Below, piece by piece: positions 60,170 through 64,000 of a stretch of 64,000 nucleotides of DNA. The notes below the pieces were generated by a model. That model worked only from the letters and a program-made list of their open reading frames with translations, was not told the origin of the DNA and made no database searches. Numbering within the stretch: the first letter of the stretch is position 1; each line of letters begins with the position of its first letter. Origin of the DNA: Pseudomonadota bacterium (GTDB lineage Bacteria > UBA10199 > 2-02-FULL-44-16 > JBDRGF01); the NCBI GenBank assembly GCA_043818055.1, contig JBDRGF010000033.1, positions 1 through 64,000 on the forward strand, given 5' to 3'. The position numbers and the translations under genes were made by a program.

Positions 60170-62473
60170 TCAAAAATTTGGTATCAATCTTAGCTCTTCG
60201 ACAGCTTTATCATCTATTATACTTCCAAACCTATCTATCGGCTCGACAAGGGCTTCTAAAATTGTAAGTGGGTCTTCAACCTTTCCGATCGAAACTTTTT
60301 CTTTGTAAAGTTTTGTTAAATTATATTGAAGCTCCTTGAGAAATTTTGACAGTTCATCTCCATTTGAATAAATGGCGCTCTGTGGTTTTAATGGAGATGA
60401 TATTTTCCATTCACTATCGATAGCCTCCTGAAACAATTTTGTGAACTTATCAATCATTGCCATTAGTTCATCAACAGCCGGGTTGTTTTGTCTATATTTC
60501 GACAGTATGTGTTTATATTTTAACAAATCTTTTGTGATCGATTCTCTCAATGATCTCAAAGGTAACTGGCCGGAGGTCCTTCTGATCATATCCCTTTTAT
60601 TGATTAAACCCTGAACGACCCATTTAATCTCCCTTGGTATTTGATTTCTATAATACGATTCAATTGAATTAATGATGTGAAAGGTCGAAACATTGGATAT
60701 AGTCAATGGGGTGATTTTTTGATCATTCGTCTCAGCTTCAAGTTGGGTTCTTCTCTTGTTCAGTTCATTTTGATATTGTCCTCCCATGACATAAAGAAGG
60801 TTAACGGCCAAATACCTATCTTTTGTTGGGGTTCTACCGTCGCTGGCTATTCTGAAAAGCAACTCGAAAAACTCATTATTATATTCCAACGTGCCAAACT
60901 CATTAATATAATGTGTAAACCAATGTAAAATAGCAAAAAGCTCATCATGATCTCTAGATGGAATAATCATTAAATCGGAGTTTTTTAATAAGTTGATTAC
61001 ATATTTAAACCGCTCAACTTCTGGCAGACGCCATATGAGTTTTGAAAATTGATTTAAAATTCTCATTCTTGAATTACGTGATCGCTCCGCCATGTGAGAA
61101 TAGTTAGAAATAGCCATTCCTAAATTACCAGATTGTTCCTCGTTGAATGTTTCTATGATTTTATCCAGATGACCACGAAGATATTCCATATTGTCAATAT
61201 TTGATTCGACGCCAAATTTAAATGGAAGGCCAGCATTATTTCCAACTTTTGACAGTGTGGCGGGATCCTTAAAATGAGTATATGGATCAGCGCAACTTTT
61301 TGAAAATAGCTTTGAAATCAATGTTTTTGCTTGTCCTGTCTTGTCATCATAAGAAATAGTGTTGAGAAAAAGAAAAAATAAAAGATGGGTTGAATTTGCG
61401 ATATCTAGAATTTCATTCAAGGGTTCGTTTGATCTCTCGCAAAAGTTGGATATCTGTTCGATTGCTTCAGAAATCAAACCATCCCTGTCAGGATACGAAT
61501 AACCATTCAACACGGCGAATATTGCAAGTCGCAACCGTTGTTCTTTGTCCTTTGTTGCGGAAATAAGTTTTTGAAATAGCATTTCGTCGATTAGCAGATG
61601 AGGGTGACAGAAGGCCTGTTGCCATATAGTGCCAGATTCATATCCATATGTTGATTCATATATAATTCTGTTGAAAGTTTGGAAATCAAGGCTTTCAGAC
61701 TCTAAATGATTTCCTATAATAATTTTGGACAACTTCTTTTTGATTGCGATTTGTACTTTTTCAGAAAACTTTGAGAGCATCATTAGTAAATCAGGTTGGT
61801 TTAAGATACCAACCCAAATATCTCGACTACCTGATACATCAAGTACATATTTTTCAAACTCCTTATCGTAGCCCAATTGAAGGGCAAGGACACCTAGTTT
61901 ATGGATGTTTTCGTCACTGTATAGTAGTTCTAAAAGTTGGCTAAAATCTTCTTGAGCAATAAACAAACCTTCGTCAAAGTAGTTGCCTAATATGTGATCA
62001 AAATACTTTTGTAGTGTAAGTCTATCTGCTGATCTAATGGCCTGGGCAATGATATTGTTTTTCAATGCGCTAGATCTTTTTGCTGATTGAGATAGCAAGT
62101 CATCTTCCTTACGTATGTATGCAAATAAATGATAACTTCCGACCGCCTCCCCACCATGGTCTTCGACAATTTTTTTAACAAGGGACGTGTCAAACCCTCC
62201 CTCGAATAGGAGTTCCATAAAACCGGGTGCGGTATAGTTAGAGGCATTTGAAGGTTGCAATAGATCTCTGGCTATTTCAGAAAGCAGGTCGTCGATGATT
62301 TTTTCACAATTTGTGATTTTGAGCTCTTGCAAAACATGATCGCATTTCATCATTTTAAGAAGCAGTATTGAATGTCCTGTTAATACGTTTGAACATATCA
62401 AATTTTTTAACGATTCTGCTATAACTGTACGTGATGCTGGATAATGCAAGATGTAATCTGAGATATTTGACAA
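60170..62473 (-). CDS. Large helical hypothetical protein, probably the C-terminal part of the upstream gene
   Basis: 767 codons; the frame remains open upstream to ~62630. Confidence 0.6.
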   Translation of the reverse strand: MSNISDYILHYPASRTVIAESLKNLICSNVLTGHSILLLKMMKCDHVLQELKITNCEKIIDDLLSEIARDLLQPSNASNYTAPGFMELLFEGGFDTSLVKKIVEDHGGEAVGSYHLFAYIRKEDDLLSQSAKRSSALKNNIIAQAIRSADRLTLQKYFDHILGNYFDEGLFIAQEDFSQLLELLYSDENIHKLGVLALQLGYDKEFEKYVLDVSGSRDIWVGILNQPDLLMMLSKFSEKVQIAIKKKLSKIIIGNHLESESLDFQTFNRIIYESTYGYESGTIWQQAFCHPHLLIDEMLFQKLISATKDKEQRLRLAIFAVLNGYSYPDRDGLISEAIEQISNFCERSNEPLNEILDIANSTHLLFFLFLNTISYDDKTGQAKTLISKLFSKSCADPYTHFKDPATLSKVGNNAGLPFKFGVESNIDNMEYLRGHLDKIIETFNEEQSGNLGMAISNYSHMAERSRNSRMRILNQFSKLIWRLPEVERFKYVINLLKNSDLMIIPSRDHDELFAILHWFTHYINEFGTLEYNNEFFELLFRIASDGRTPTKDRYLAVNLLYVMGGQYQNELNKRRTQLEAETNDQKITPLTISNVSTFHIINSIESYYRNQIPREIKWVVQGLINKRDMIRRTSGQLPLRSLRESITKDLLKYKHILSKYRQNNPAVDELMAMIDKFTKLFQEAIDSEWKISSPLKPQSAIYSNGDELSKFLKELQYNLTKLYKEKVSIGKVEDPLTILEALVEPIDRFGSIIDDKAVEELRLIPNF

Positions 62474-62600
62474 CCAATATCGGAGCTTTATTTGAGTCTC
62501 ATCTCTGAGATGATCATTAAACCTATCCCTCCAAATTAATTTTGAACTTAAATCGTTGTCTTTATTAAATAGTCTAAAAAGTTCATGCCATTTTTTAAAG

Positions 62601-64000
62601 TTAGTCCCAATCGATTTCTGCTTGGATTATCTTGATTATCTCTTCATCGCTAGGGTCTATCAGTTCAGACAATGAACTAATTGTGTCTATATCTAGCTTG
62701 TTTTTAAGCGAATTGAGCTTTTTAATAATTTCTTGATTGCTTGACACTATCTTCCAAGCAGCTCTGTAATAAACTTTAGTATCATCGAGCCTTTTGAGAA
62801 AATCCCGTCCAGACAGACCTTTTAAATAATCAATAAATATTAAAATAATATCTTCGTCTGGACACAAGAACGCGGCAGCGGGATTATTTTGTATAATGAT
62901 TCTTATTAGATGTTTTACTGCTTCTTTGACCTTCGAGTGTCCTGATTTGTATAGAATTGCTAGCTCGCTTAAATATTCTTCGAGGCCATAATAAAGCGAA
63001 GAAAGAAATTTAATATCTTCGTTCTTCTTTCGATTTCTATTAAACAGTCCTCTTATATCTGTTGGAGAGTGCTCTTCAGCACCAAAGGCGGTTTCAATCG
63101 AAAAGGGATATATGCTTCTTCTGTCATCTGTCAGCAGAAAATTCAAAGTTGTTGCATGCGTAGTTGCACTTGTGACCTTTGGTTCGGATACACTTACTCC
63201 ACCTGAAAATATTACAGAAAAACCAAGGTGTGCAAATATCTCCCTGGTGACTATTGCAAAACCATCACATTTAACCTTGTATTTTAATCTCCTCGTCTTT
63301 TTACATATTTTCGAGCAGTGTTTATGAATAAATTCTAAGAGAATGACTTGAGAATGCTCTCTTTCTCCTAGAAATTCTCCATATCTTTCAACAAAATTAT
63401 CTGCGTAATCTCTATTGTAGGCCAAGTCAAAATCATATTCGTACCAAGAGCCAACATGTTCAATCACCTCTTCTAGACATTCTCCTAATTGCAATGATCC
63501 TCTCAAAATTCTTGAATTCATGGCTTCTATAAATTTTCTCGTTGGTTCAGGCCACTCATCTAATTTTGAATCCGGGCGCGTCAATGACATCAGCTCTGGA
63601 GGATCACCCCAAAAAGCTCCCCAATAATTGAAGCCAGATGCCTCTCGCGGCACTTCGAGAATTTTAAATGAATAAAAAAGGTCTCTTTTCTCTGTCATCT
63701 CTGGAATTTCAATGAATGTTAGATGCTGGTATTTTGTCGGTCTGAAGTCCCAGCCTTGCAAACCTTCTATCCTTATCGTTTCAGGTTCTATTTGAGCGGC
63801 GAATGGCTGTGGCAACAGAATGCGCCTCTTTTCGCCCGCTTCAATTTGGATTTTTACGGTTACCCTTTTAGGTTCTACTCTAAACAATGACCACAATTCA
63901 TCCGGCGCATTGGGAAGCGAGGGGGATAATGCATTGTGAATCTCCTCGATTTTTTTGCATGCTGCCTCGAATTCCTCTTCTGTGCAGGAATCAGGTTTTT
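62601..64000 (-). CDS. Transglutaminase-like domain protein, 5' end beyond the window
   Basis: YEYD..VKCDGFA..THAT; the frame is open to the window end. Confidence 0.6.
   Translation of the reverse strand, partial: KPDSCTEEEFEAACKKIEEIHNALSPSLPNAPDELWSLFRVEPKRVTVKIQIEAGEKRRILLPQPFAAQIEPETIRIEGLQGWDFRPTKYQHLTFIEIPEMTEKRDLFYSFKILEVPREASGFNYWGAFWGDPPELMSLTRPDSKLDEWPEPTRKFIEAMNSRILRGSLQLGECLEEVIEHVGSWYEYDFDLAYNRDYADNFVERYGEFLGEREHSQVILLEFIHKHCSKICKKTRRLKYKVKCDGFAIVTREIFAHLGFSVIFSGGVSVSEPKVTSATTHATTLNFLLTDDRRSIYPFSIETAFGAEEHSPTDIRGLFNRNRKKNEDIKFLSSLYYGLEEYLSELAILYKSGHSKVKEAVKHLIRIIIQNNPAAAFLCPDEDIILIFIDYLKGLSGRDFLKRLDDTKVYYRAAWKIVSSNQEIIKKLNSLKNKLDIDTISSLSELIDPSDEEIIKIIQAEIDWD

Overview
Bacterial chromosomal window. 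The core genes resemble a deltaproteobacterial-type lineage (inference). It carries a mostly minus-strand housekeeping backbone: ftsY, smc, ppdK, glyQS, gyrA, HU, a TatD-radical SAM fusion, suhB, comF, gpmI, obgE, rpmA, rplU, RNase G/E, the TIGR03936/TIGR03960 radical SAM pair, a formate/nitrite transporter and selD. AT-rich accessory blocks interrupt this backbone. The main candidate for an undescribed system is a ~13.5 kb AT-rich biosynthetic cluster (45439-58879). It encodes four radical SAM enzymes (three SPASM-type, one B12-binding), a ValRS paralog with a degenerate HIGH motif and no KMSKS, a full-length CysRS, two ATP-grasp ligases, a creatininase-family amidohydrolase with an unknown N-terminal domain, and an MFS exporter. 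A sigma54-type promoter with paired enhancer-like palindromes lies upstream of the radical SAM operon. A second island (~10.7-19.7 kb) looks like a defence/toxin-antitoxin island. The window also holds many inverted hepta-/octamer tandem arrays that bracket an intact four-helix-bundle gene, a deleted one missed by the ORF track, empty sites and possibly larger cargo. MITE-like and REP-like elements and two frameshifted large genes are also present. No rRNA, tRNA or CRISPR array was recognised. All calls come from reading motifs by eye; no database search was run.
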